IMG/VR virus record: IMGVR_UViG_3300024518_000034
Coordinates: 1 to 64,000 of that record
Strand: one strand, 5' to 3'
Source: a virus
DNA length: 64,000 nt
Shown here: piece by piece, positions 1-6,343 of the stretch
Position numbering within the stretch: position 1 is the first letter of the stretch
Layout of the letters: each line of letters starts with the position of its first letter
Translations under genes and position numbers: made by a program
The notes under the pieces: generated by a model
Seen by the model: the letters and a program-made list of their open reading frames with translations, nothing else
Database searches by the model: none
What the model was told of the DNA's origin: nothing

Positions 1-11
1 GTATTTTTTAG

Positions 12-40
12 TAGCAAAAGACAAGAGTTGTTGGTACTCT
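12..40 (+). promoter_or_regulatory. Repeated early-region promoter copy P1 (TAGCAA-N17-TACTCT)
   Basis: TAGCAA 12-17, 17-nt spacer ending TTGG, TACTCT 35-40; same motif recurs 7 more times. Confidence 0.75.
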
Positions 41-51
41 AAATAGAACAA

Positions 52-156
52 GCAGCGACACGGTGTTCAGGCATCGCATTCTCATAGCCTAAATCGGGTT
101 CATTGATGTGGGGATTGAAGAGGACGACTACGCCTCTTGGTGGGAAGCCACGCTGC
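52..156 (+). ncRNA. tRNA-shaped structured RNA (cloverleaf topology, extended anticodon-like arm)
   Basis: Closing stem GCAGCG(52-57)/CGCTGC(151-156); hairpins CGGTG/CATCG, AAGAGG/CCTCTT, and TGG-N7-CCA abutting the 3' strand; directly after P1; no credible ORF. Confidence 0.5.
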
Positions 157-160
157 AATA

Positions 161-228
161 GGGGAGGTAGTTTAAACTACAAAATCTCGGTCACGAAGAT
201 GCAGGTGAAAACCCTGTCCTCTCCACCA
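161..228 (+). ncRNA. tRNA-like RNA with CCA end but truncated anticodon arm
   Basis: 7-bp acceptor GGGGAGG/CCTCTCC + A-CCA; D stem GTTT/AAAT; T arm GCAGG-TGAAAAC-CCTGT; anticodon arm only TCG-GTCA-CGA (10 nt instead of 17). Confidence 0.7.
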
Positions 229-230
229 CC

Positions 231-352
231 AAGATTACCGAGAGTATATAATCGGTCACTGCGTCTTGTAGCGCATCACAACGGAATCATTCTGCAAGCG
301 TTCGCATCGGGGCGCAGTCCAGCGGCTGGTACGATGCTAGTCCAGCAATCTT
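231..352 (+). ncRNA. Multi-hairpin structured RNA, tRNA-like topology
   Basis: AAGATT(231-236)/AATCTT(347-352) closure; ACCGA/TCGGT and TGCG/CGCA hairpins; GCTGG/CCAGC stem abutting the 3' strand. Confidence 0.45.
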
Positions 353-372
353 AAATAAGAAAGGCAAATGAA

Positions 373-528
373 ATGAAGATTCTGATCGGGTTGGTGCTGG
401 TGTTTACTCCCCTTAGCATAGTTGAATGTGAGGTTCTCTTTTGTCGGGAGCCTGCTAGGGTCATCGTTGAACATGGTGACCATACTCATGAATTGTGCTG
501 GAAGCACTTTCGAGAAAAAATAAGATAG
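373..528 (+). CDS. Small hypothetical protein (51 aa; hydrophobic N-terminus, Cys/His residues)
   Basis: Hand-translated MKILIGLVLVFTPLSIVECEVLFCREP...ELCWKHFREKIR; ends at the P2 promoter. Confidence 0.4.
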   Translation: MKILIGLVLVFTPLSIVECEVLFCREPARVIVEHGDHTHELCWKHFREKIR

Positions 529-531
529 TAG

Positions 532-560
532 TAGCAAGAACAATACTTCACTGGTATTCT
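532..560 (+). promoter_or_regulatory. Promoter copy P2 (TAGCAA-N17-TATTCT)
   Basis: TAGCAA 532-537, TATTCT 555-560, followed by AAGTGAAGTAAG. Confidence 0.75.
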
Positions 561-574
561 AAGTGAAGTAAGAT

Positions 575-734
575 GTCCTGGCTCGGTGCAGGATGTTGGA
601 TAGGCCATTGAAGAAGTCACGGGTCAAGCCCCTAAGCCGGGAGAGTCGTGAGCGTGAAACTATAACGTTAATGCTAGCCTAAGCGTTAGGAACCAATGCC
701 AACATTCAAAACGGTTCAATTCCGTTTGGGGACT
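575..734 (+). ncRNA. Reduced tmRNA-like RNA (tRNA-like domain + long P2 helix + short internal frame)
   Basis: Imperfect acceptor GTCCT/GGGGAC; canonical T arm AACGG-TTCAATT-CCGTT (710-726); helix GGATGTTGG(591-599)/CCAACATTC(699-707) extended by CATTG/CAATG; internal frame ETITLMLA-TAA (656-682) with stop in hairpin CCTAA-GCG-TTAGG. Confidence 0.45.
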
Positions 735-790
735 GCTGAGAAGTCAAGGTGCGAAAACTTACGAAGCTCGCATTCTTTCCAGGGGTTTTA

Positions 791-825
791 GGGATGTACC
801 ATCGGCGTCAAACATCCCGTTCTTT
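791..825 (+). terminator. Hairpin GGGATGT/ACATCCC followed by GTTCTTT; possible terminator or processing site
   Basis: 7-bp stem with short T-rich tail after the ncRNA block. Confidence 0.4.
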
Positions 826-845
826 AACAAGTAGGAGAGAGAAGA

Positions 846-1046
846 ATGTCTCATACGTACATCGTTGCTATCAGAGAGGTTCACATAAATCTTGTAGAAG
901 TAACGTCAGAGGGTCCATTGAGTGAGGAAGACGCTAAAGAGATAGCAGCGCAGCATAGCTGTTCGGATTCTCTCGATATCGAGTTTAGTCACACTATGGA
1001 TAACGATACTTGGACGGTAGAAGAAATAAACAAACAGGAGAAGTAA
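846..1046 (+). CDS. Hypothetical acidic protein (66 aa)
   Basis: ORF with upstream AGGAG Shine-Dalgarno. Confidence 0.65.
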   Translation: MSHTYIVAIREVHINLVEVTSEGPLSEEDAKEIAAQHSCSDSLDIEFSHTMDNDTWTVEEINKQEK

Positions 1047-1048
1047 TC

Positions 1049-1210
1049 ATGGCACGAGGTAAGAACCGTAATCAGCCGAAGATCAAGGTGAAGTGCAAGA
1101 AGTGTCAGGACGTGGGTGTTCGCTCTGTTCTCGTGATTCGCTCTGGTCCGAAAGCAACTCGTGGTGGTGCGTATCGCTCGGTGGTCAAGGTGGACTGCTG
1201 CAATGTTTAG
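1049..1210 (+). CDS. Small basic protein with CxxC...CC (possible Zn-binding)
   Basis: ATG 1049 after AGGAG; MARGKNRNQPKIKVKCKKCQD...VDCCNV. Confidence 0.6.
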   Translation: MARGKNRNQPKIKVKCKKCQDVGVRSVLVIRSGPKATRGGAYRSVVKVDCCNV

Positions 1211-1367
1211 TACAATTGAGGCAGATCGTGCAGCTTGTGCAGCAAACAAAACAAAAGCAGTCCGCGATGGAAAATTCGCTGAAGCGAGGGAGTGGAGTAA
1301 AGCGGAACAACATTTGAGAGAGGCAAGCGCTGCAATTCGCAGGATCAAGTGGCTAATGAAAAAGTAG
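1203..1367 (+). CDS. Hypothetical protein (54 aa)
   Basis: ATG overlaps the end of the previous gene; stop abuts promoter P3. Confidence 0.5.
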   Translation: MFSTIEADRAACAANKTKAVRDGKFAEAREWSKAEQHLREASAAIRRIKWLMKK

Positions 1368-1396
1368 TAGCAAGATCAGTAGTTTGTTGGTATTCT
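1368..1396 (+). promoter_or_regulatory. Promoter copy P3
   Basis: TAGCAA 1368-1373, N17, TATTCT 1391-1396. Confidence 0.8.
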
Positions 1397-1431
1397 AAGT
1401 GAAGTAAGGAAAACCACAAAAGGAGGGACAA

Positions 1432-1653
1432 ATGAAAGTGAAGATGAAAAACCCAAGTAGCTGCATGGCTCGGACATCTAAGATCAAGGCCATTGCAAAA
1501 CAATGCAAGGCGCTGGGATTTATAGTCAAGGCAGACTATAAAAGTGCTGGCACCGTCAAGATCAAGGATGGTGAGGAAGAGATGTACATGGCTATTCAAA
1601 AGGGTAAGAATGGCCCTTGGATCGTTCGCTACAGTCAAGATTATTTTGCATGA
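1432..1653 (+). CDS. Hypothetical basic protein (73 aa)
   Basis: ORF with GGAGG SD, downstream of P3. Confidence 0.7.
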   Translation: MKVKMKNPSSCMARTSKIKAIAKQCKALGFIVKADYKSAGTVKIKDGEEEMYMAIQKGKNGPWIVRYSQDYFA

Positions 1654-1663
1654 GGTAAGACCA

Positions 1664-1834
1664 ATGGAGACTGAGAGGATTTATATCTGGGGCGTTTACA
1701 AGGCGATAGGGCACCTTGTCACCGACAAGGTTGGGCAGTCTCCTACTGAGTTGGGCGCAAGACTGGTAGCTATCGAGTGTCGCAAGACTGGGTATCTTGG
1801 TAATCTCAAGAAGATTCGCCGCAGAATAAAATAA
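1664..1834 (+). CDS. Hypothetical protein (56 aa)
   Basis: GAGGT SD, ATG 1664; ends just before P4. Confidence 0.55.
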   Translation: METERIYIWGVYKAIGHLVTDKVGQSPTELGARLVAIECRKTGYLGNLKKIRRRIK

Positions 1835-1843
1835 ATAAAGTAG

Positions 1844-1872
1844 TAGCAAGAAGTAAGTTAGTTCGGTATTCT
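1844..1872 (+). promoter_or_regulatory. Promoter copy P4
   Basis: TAGCAA 1844-1849, N17, TATTCT 1867-1872, A-rich upstream. Confidence 0.8.
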
Positions 1873-1906
1873 AAGTGTAAGTAAGAGAAACCGAAAGGAG
1901 ATCAAG

Positions 1907-2134
1907 ATGCAAGTCGAGAAGATCAGAGCGGCATTTGAACAAGCGTTTGGTGAGGCTGAAGTAGTGAGAACTGTTCCGGTGATTAGCATTGCGACACCTA
2001 ATGATGAGTTTACTGTCGAGATCGTCAATGGCAGACTGATCTGGACCGATTTCAGTCACACAACTGACCTGGGGCCTGAAGACGGGTCAGAAATTATCAA
2101 GAAATTGGTAACAAAGTGGGTAACTGCCAGGTAA
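1907..2134 (+). CDS. Hypothetical protein (75 aa)
   Basis: AAGGAG SD; ORF track. Confidence 0.7.
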   Translation: MQVEKIRAAFEQAFGEAEVVRTVPVISIATPNDEFTVEIVNGRLIWTDFSHTTDLGPEDGSEIIKKLVTKWVTAR

Positions 2135-2171
2135 TAGAGCGATCTGGGAAAACTACTAGGAGAATAAAATA

Positions 2172-2435
2172 ATGCGTAAGGCAGACGTGGAAGTGGGTAA
2201 GGTGTACAGTGCCAAGGTGAGCGGCAAACTTGTGATTGTGAGGCTAGATCGTGAGTCACGATATGGCGGTTGGGAAGGCACAAATCTATACACTGGCCGA
2301 AGTGTAAGGCTTAGGACTGCTGGACGATTGCGCCTGGAAGTACCGGAGTCTGTTGTTCAGAGAATGATTGACAGAGATAAGGTTCACAGAAAAAATGTCA
2401 AAAAGTGGCAAGAAGAGGAGTGGTCGATTTCTTAG
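2172..2435 (+). CDS. Hypothetical basic protein, SH3-like beta motif (KxDVxVGKxYxAKVSG...GGWxGTNLxTGRxVR)
   Basis: AGGAG SD; ORF track. Confidence 0.7.
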   Translation: MRKADVEVGKVYSAKVSGKLVIVRLDRESRYGGWEGTNLYTGRSVRLRTAGRLRLEVPESVVQRMIDRDKVHRKNVKKWQEEEWSIS

Positions 2436-2452
2436 AAAAGGAGAAAAACCAA

Positions 2453-2734
2453 ATGGCATGGCAAGTGATTTTGAATGGCGCACCAATTATTGATTGTGAG
2501 TCTGAAACTGAAATGGCAGACAAATTGCTCGCACTGTTCAATTTGGGGGTTTTTGGAACATTCGACACCAGAGAAGTGAAGTGTAAAGATTGTGCTGACC
2601 ACCTGCTGGGTTGTCCTGTTTGCACTGACCAACCTGCGCCTGCCACCAAGCCGGTGCGCTGGATCGTCCCGTCGCTGGTCCGCAAGACCGGCGCTGGCAA
2701 GTGGGTCGCGGAGCAAGGGGCGCGGGACGACTGA
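2453..2734 (+). CDS. Hypothetical protein with CxxC...CxxC
   Basis: AAGGAG SD before ATG 2453; CKDC and CPVC motifs. Confidence 0.65.
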   Translation: MAWQVILNGAPIIDCESETEMADKLLALFNLGVFGTFDTREVKCKDCADHLLGCPVCTDQPAPATKPVRWIVPSLVRKTGAGKWVAEQGARDD

Positions 2735-2758
2735 CCAAAAAGAAAATAAATAAAGTAG

Positions 2759-2787
2759 TAGCAAGAGTAGCAGTACGTTGGCAATCT
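2759..2787 (+). promoter_or_regulatory. Promoter copy P5 (TAGCAA-N17-CAATCT)
   Basis: Same motif and spacing. Confidence 0.7.
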
Positions 2788-2814
2788 AAATGTAGTAAGA
2801 AACAGTAAGATAAA

Positions 2815-2936
2815 GGGAGCCAACAATACTCCAGCGCAAAATCAGGCCGCGCTACACAAGAAAAGAGCAAACCGAGTGCTGAGAATCTAGGGGCGGTACG
2901 CAAGGGAAACGGTGGGTCGTGCGTGCAAAAAGCTCC
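2815..2936 (+). ncRNA. Multi-hairpin structured RNA of unknown class
   Basis: GGAGC/GCTCC closure; AGCGC/GCGCT, AGCA/TGCT and GTACGCA/TGCGTGC stems; follows P5; no ORF with SD. Confidence 0.4.
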
Positions 2937-2957
2937 GTTAAATTAAAAATCACCATG

Positions 2958-3032
2958 GATTCCGTCGCAGACTGCTGAAGGGTGCTAGGCTTGATAAATC
3001 CTAGTACCAGGGTTCAATTCCCTGCGGAATCT
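2958..3032 (+). ncRNA. tRNA-like RNA with elongated anticodon stem and no variable loop
   Basis: Perfect acceptor GATTCCG/CGGAATC; T arm CAGGG-TTCAATT-CCCTG; stem GTGCTAGG/CCTAGTAC with 10-nt loop CTTGATAAAT; atypical D region. Confidence 0.7.
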
Positions 3033-3063
3033 AAGATAAGTAAACAAAAACAGGAGAAAGAAA

Positions 3064-3237
3064 ATGAAGAAAGGTAAGACCATGGAAAAGCTCTTAGGTG
3101 AAATTCTAACTGAGATAGATAATTTGTCTCTTTCGGAGGGTAGTGACGGTTGTGACTTTCCTTGGACCGTAGTGGATGTTCGCTCTGTGAACCGATTGAA
3201 AGAGCTTGCAAACGAAATCGCAAAAGAAACAAAATAA
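3064..3237 (+). CDS. Hypothetical protein (57 aa)
   Basis: Hand-translated MKKGKTMEKLLGEIL...; AGGAG SD; ends at P6. Confidence 0.6.
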   Translation: MKKGKTMEKLLGEILTEIDNLSLSEGSDGCDFPWTVVDVRSVNRLKELANEIAKETK

Positions 3238-3241
3238 GTAG

Positions 3242-3270
3242 TAGCAAAAATAAAGTCACGTTGGTACACT
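3242..3270 (+). promoter_or_regulatory. Promoter copy P6 (TAGCAA-N17-TACACT)
   Basis: Same motif and spacing. Confidence 0.7.
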
Positions 3271-3305
3271 GAGTGGTAATAAACAAAACAAATCAGGAGA
3301 GAGCT

Positions 3306-3548
3306 ATGTCAGTGAATAAAAAGAACTTCCAGCGTCGTCATTATGTTGCAGTAGCTGAAGCGATCAACACGCTCTGGAGTGAGGCACGCGATGGGGAAAT
3401 GATGGTAGCGACTAAGAACGAAGAGTCGTACCGTGATGCGTTGACTGATACCATCAGCGAATTGTCTAAAACTTTCTTCTATGACAATCCCAACTTCGAC
3501 CAGACTCGATTCACTGAGGCGTGTCGAAAAAGAAATAAAAAAGAGTAG
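3306..3548 (+). CDS. Conserved-looking phage early protein (RxHYxAVAxAI...DNPNFDxxRFxxAC)
   Basis: AGGAG SD; motif type common in phage early regions. Confidence 0.65.
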   Translation: MSVNKKNFQRRHYVAVAEAINTLWSEARDGEMMVATKNEESYRDALTDTISELSKTFFYDNPNFDQTRFTEACRKRNKKE

Positions 3549-3577
3549 TAGCAAACAAGTAGCGAGCTTGGTATTCT
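3549..3577 (+). promoter_or_regulatory. Promoter copy P7
   Basis: TAGCAA 3549-3554, N17, TATTCT 3572-3577. Confidence 0.75.
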
Positions 3578-3615
3578 GTTTAGAAGGATAACAACGGAAA
3601 ACAGGAGAAGCGGAA

Positions 3616-4602
3616 ATGGCACATAAGATTAAGCTGGTTAAGGACAAGATTGAAGTCCTGACCGATGGCTGGCCTGGTAAGCCAGCACTCGCTAAGATCA
3701 AGGCATTGCCCGGTCGCAAGTGGGACGCGGATCGCAAGATCTGGTGGCTCCCCGCTTCGCCGGATGGCGTTGCCGCTGCCGTAGCGCTCGCCGCTGAACT
3801 GTGTTATGTGGTTGGCGACGATCTGCTCAAGCAGGCTTCCGATCAAGCTCGAAAAGAAGATGGTGTGTTTGCGGTACAGGACGCATTCATTGATGACGAC
3901 GTGGCAGCATGGGCATTTCAGCGTCAAGGCAGTAAGGCACTGGCGCGTAACGACCGTTACATTCTGGGCGATGACATGGGTCTGGGAAAGACTCGTCAGT
4001 ATCAGATGGCTCTGCCGAAGGCTAAGAAATGTGGACTGCTGGTGATCTGCCCAGCTTCGATCAAGGGTGTTCACGAGAAAGAGCTTCGCAAGTGGCGTAA
4101 GGATTTTAAGAAAATCACGATTATCTCAGGACGTGGGAACTTCAGGTATCCCAAGACCGGTGAGTGTGTCATCATCAATTTCGACATTCTCCCCAAGGTG
4201 GTTGAACTGGAGACTATGGACGTTCCGGCTGATCTCATCGTGGTGGTTGATGAAGCGCATAACTGCAAGAATTACAAGGCGCTACGCACCAAGCGAGTTA
4301 CTAAGATTATCGAACGTGCCTGGCTTGCATGGCTGTTGACTGGTACAGCGCTACAGAATCGACCCGGAGAACTCTGGACTATCCTTCAGGTTGGCGGTCT
4401 GATTGAAAAGGCTGGGCTGACGTTCGGACGCTTTTGCGCTCTGTTCGGTGCTAAGAAGGGTCAGTATGGAATGGTTTGGGGTGCGCCTCGACCAGAGATT
4501 GCGGAAATCCTCAAGCGAGTGATGCTTCGACGTGAGAAGGGCGAAGTGCTACAGGATCTGCCGGAAAAGGTGTACAGCAGTGTGCCGGTGGAAATCTTTT
4601 AA
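3616..4602 (+). CDS. SNF2/SMARCAL1-type helicase, N-terminal half (HARP-like domain + RecA lobe 1)
   Basis: PGRKWDADRKIWWLP HARP-like segment; DDMGLGKT (I), VVDEAH (II), LLTGTALQN (III), MLRR..VLQDLPEK; lacks motifs IV-VI. Confidence 0.9.
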   Translation: MAHKIKLVKDKIEVLTDGWPGKPALAKIKALPGRKWDADRKIWWLPASPDGVAAAVALAAELCYVVGDDLLKQASDQARKEDGVFAVQDAFIDDDVAAWAFQRQGSKALARNDRYILGDDMGLGKTRQYQMALPKAKKCGLLVICPASIKGVHEKELRKWRKDFKKITIISGRGNFRYPKTGECVIINFDILPKVVELETMDVPADLIVVVDEAHNCKNYKALRTKRVTKIIERAWLAWLLTGTALQNRPGELWTILQVGGLIEKAGLTFGRFCALFGAKKGQYGMVWGAPRPEIAEILKRVMLRREKGEVLQDLPEKVYSSVPVEIF

Positions 4603-4610
4603 GAAAGTAG

Positions 4611-4639
4611 TAGCAGGATCAGTAGCATGTTGGTATTCT
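4611..4639 (+). promoter_or_regulatory. Promoter copy P8 (TAGCAG-N17-TATTCT), between the helicase halves
   Basis: Near-identical to P3 over ~50 bp; begins right after the helicase-N stop codon. Confidence 0.8.
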
Positions 4640-4689
4640 AAGTGTAGTAAGGAACAACGGAACGCAGGCAACGAAAAAAGGAGCGAGAC

Positions 4690-4953
4690 ATGGCACGACG
4701 CAAGACCACGAGCCCCGGCAAGATCCGCAGCACGACCCGCGAAGCGAACGAGTTGGCTGACATGCTGACGCGCCTTCTGGTTCCGGTTCTGGGCGAGGAC
4801 ATTGCCCGCAAGCTGGCGTTCAAGACGCTGATCAGCAAGAACCCGGCTCGTCGCCTGGACGGTGCCAAGGAGGTTCAGAAGTACCTGGGCCTCGCTGGCG
4901 CGAACAAGCTCCAGGCCCTGTGCGCCAAGACAAACTTCAAGAACGCCCGTTAA
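4690..4953 (+). CDS. Hypothetical basic protein (87 aa) inserted between helicase halves
   Basis: AAGGAG SD; high-GC codon usage. Confidence 0.75.
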   Translation: MARRKTTSPGKIRSTTREANELADMLTRLLVPVLGEDIARKLAFKTLISKNPARRLDGAKEVQKYLGLAGANKLQALCAKTNFKNAR

Positions 4954-4966
4954 GGAGATCAATCAA

Positions 4967-6073
4967 ATGACCAACGTCAAGACGCTACTCGACAGGGTGC
5001 AGCAAGATTGGGATGAGAACTACCCAGCCGACAAGCTGCCTCCCTTCGAGGAGCTTTCGGCTGCTCGCGCTGCTCTTGCGACTGCTAAGATCCCTGCCGC
5101 ACTGGAGTGGATCAAGCAGTATCAAGAGAACAGCGACAAGCCACTGATCGTGTTCAGCGCTCACCGTGCGCCGGTCGAAACGATCAGCGACCTTGAGGGG
5201 TTCGATTCGATTCTCGGGGGCACGCCTGTCGAGCGCAGGACACAGCTTGTCGAGGATTTCCAGGCTGGCAAACTCAAGGGTCTTGCCATCACGATCAAGG
5301 CCGGCGGTGAGGGTCTGACCTTGACCGCTGCGGATCACGCGCTATTTGTTGATCTGGAATGGAACCCGGCCAAGAATCGTCAGGCGGAAGATCGTATCCA
5401 CCGCATCGGCCAGCGTGATTCGGCTAGCATCGTAGTGCTTGAAGCAAACCATGAGATTGATCGCAGGCTCTGCGAGCTTCTCCAACACAAGCAGGATCTG
5501 TTCGACAAGGTGATCGGCGCAGCAAGCGTGGAAGAAAAGCTCACGCAGCAGGAAATCGTGGATAAGGTCAAGAATCAGGAAGTGCCGGAAGATGAGCCCA
5601 AGAAGAAAGAGCCGTTTATCAGGTATGCCAAACTGATTCAGCACATGGTTGACGCTAGGGCCAAGGGCTTGAAGTGGCCGAAAATCACGCTGCGTGCGAA
5701 CGGTCAGGTTGTCCAGCTTTCCCTCACGGGAGACAAGGCGAAACGACCAGGCACGATCAACCTCTCAAACGGTGAGAAGTTCGGCAGTCCCAAGAACAAG
5801 TACTACGGGGCGATTGGAAAAGACGGGAAATGGTTTCCAGCGAGAAACCTTGACGCCAAGACACGCTCCGCAGTCGTGGCTCTGCTCGACGCTTTCCAGC
5901 GTGACCCAAGCGAGATCGCTCTCAAACACTCGCACGATACTGGGTACTGTTGCTTCTGCGGCATCCTCATCGGCGCGACGGGAAAGAAGGAAAGTGTGCT
6001 TAGGGGATACGGTCCCAAGTGCGCCCAGAATTGGGGTCTGCCGTTCGACTTCGCCAAGTACGCAAAAGAGTAA
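4967..6073 (+). CDS. SNF2-type helicase, C-terminal half (RecA lobe 2) fused to a C-terminal DUF6011-like Zn domain
   Basis: AAGGAG SD, ATG 4967; LIVFSAHR (IV), GGEGLTLTAAD (V), WNPAKNRQAEDRIHRIGQ (VI); C-terminal CCFCG...ESVLRGYGPKCA. Confidence 0.9.
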   Translation: MTNVKTLLDRVQQDWDENYPADKLPPFEELSAARAALATAKIPAALEWIKQYQENSDKPLIVFSAHRAPVETISDLEGFDSILGGTPVERRTQLVEDFQAGKLKGLAITIKAGGEGLTLTAADHALFVDLEWNPAKNRQAEDRIHRIGQRDSASIVVLEANHEIDRRLCELLQHKQDLFDKVIGAASVEEKLTQQEIVDKVKNQEVPEDEPKKKEPFIRYAKLIQHMVDARAKGLKWPKITLRANGQVVQLSLTGDKAKRPGTINLSNGEKFGSPKNKYYGAIGKDGKWFPARNLDAKTRSAVVALLDAFQRDPSEIALKHSHDTGYCCFCGILIGATGKKESVLRGYGPKCAQNWGLPFDFAKYAKE

Positions 6074-6089
6074 AGATGTTCATTTCTCC

Positions 6090-6140
6090 ACCGTCTAACG
6101 ATTCAAGCGATTAAGGATCGTTAGACGGTTCTCCTTTTCT
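6090..6140 (+). terminator. Rho-independent terminator
   Basis: CCGTCTAACGAT/ATCGTTAGACGG perfect 12-bp stem followed by TTCTCCTTTTCT. Confidence 0.8.
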
Positions 6141-6163
6141 TGTGCAATTAAGGAATATTGGTC

Positions 6164-6343
6164 ATGAAAGCTACACTAGAGAATGTGGAAGTAAAGAGTG
6201 TCTTGGGTGTTTACAACTTGAAGGACAACAGCAACAAAAAGGAATATAGAAAGGTTCAAGTGTTTTTGGGATTTGATGATAAGAAGTATGTTTGGTTGAA
6301 TAAGAAATGGTACAGCATGGATTCGTTCGACGTTGTACTGTAG
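6164..6343 (+). CDS. Hypothetical protein (59 aa)
   Basis: ORF track; AAGGA upstream. Confidence 0.45.
   Translation: MKATLENVEVKSVLGVYNLKDNSNKKEYRKVQVFLGFDDKKYVWLNKKWYSMDSFDVVL

Noticed and set aside
103-354. ORF 103-354 as a real protein
   Set aside because: No SD, and it overlaps tRNA-shaped RNAs including a CCA-ended element
1-4650. AGTAGTAGCAA repeats as a CRISPR array
   Set aside because: Copies are 300-1000 bp apart with genes and RNAs between them, and they have fixed -35/-10 spacing; no cas genes
4862-4966. N-terminal extension of the helicase C-half in the ORF track
   Set aside because: Overlaps ORF 4690-4953; AAGGAG SD supports ATG 4967
4602-4967. Intron, intein or stop-codon readthrough explaining the split helicase
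   Set aside because: The insert is a promoter copy plus an ORF with its own SD; the halves are in different frames; no intein or group I/II motifs seen; the downstream half has its own SD and ATG
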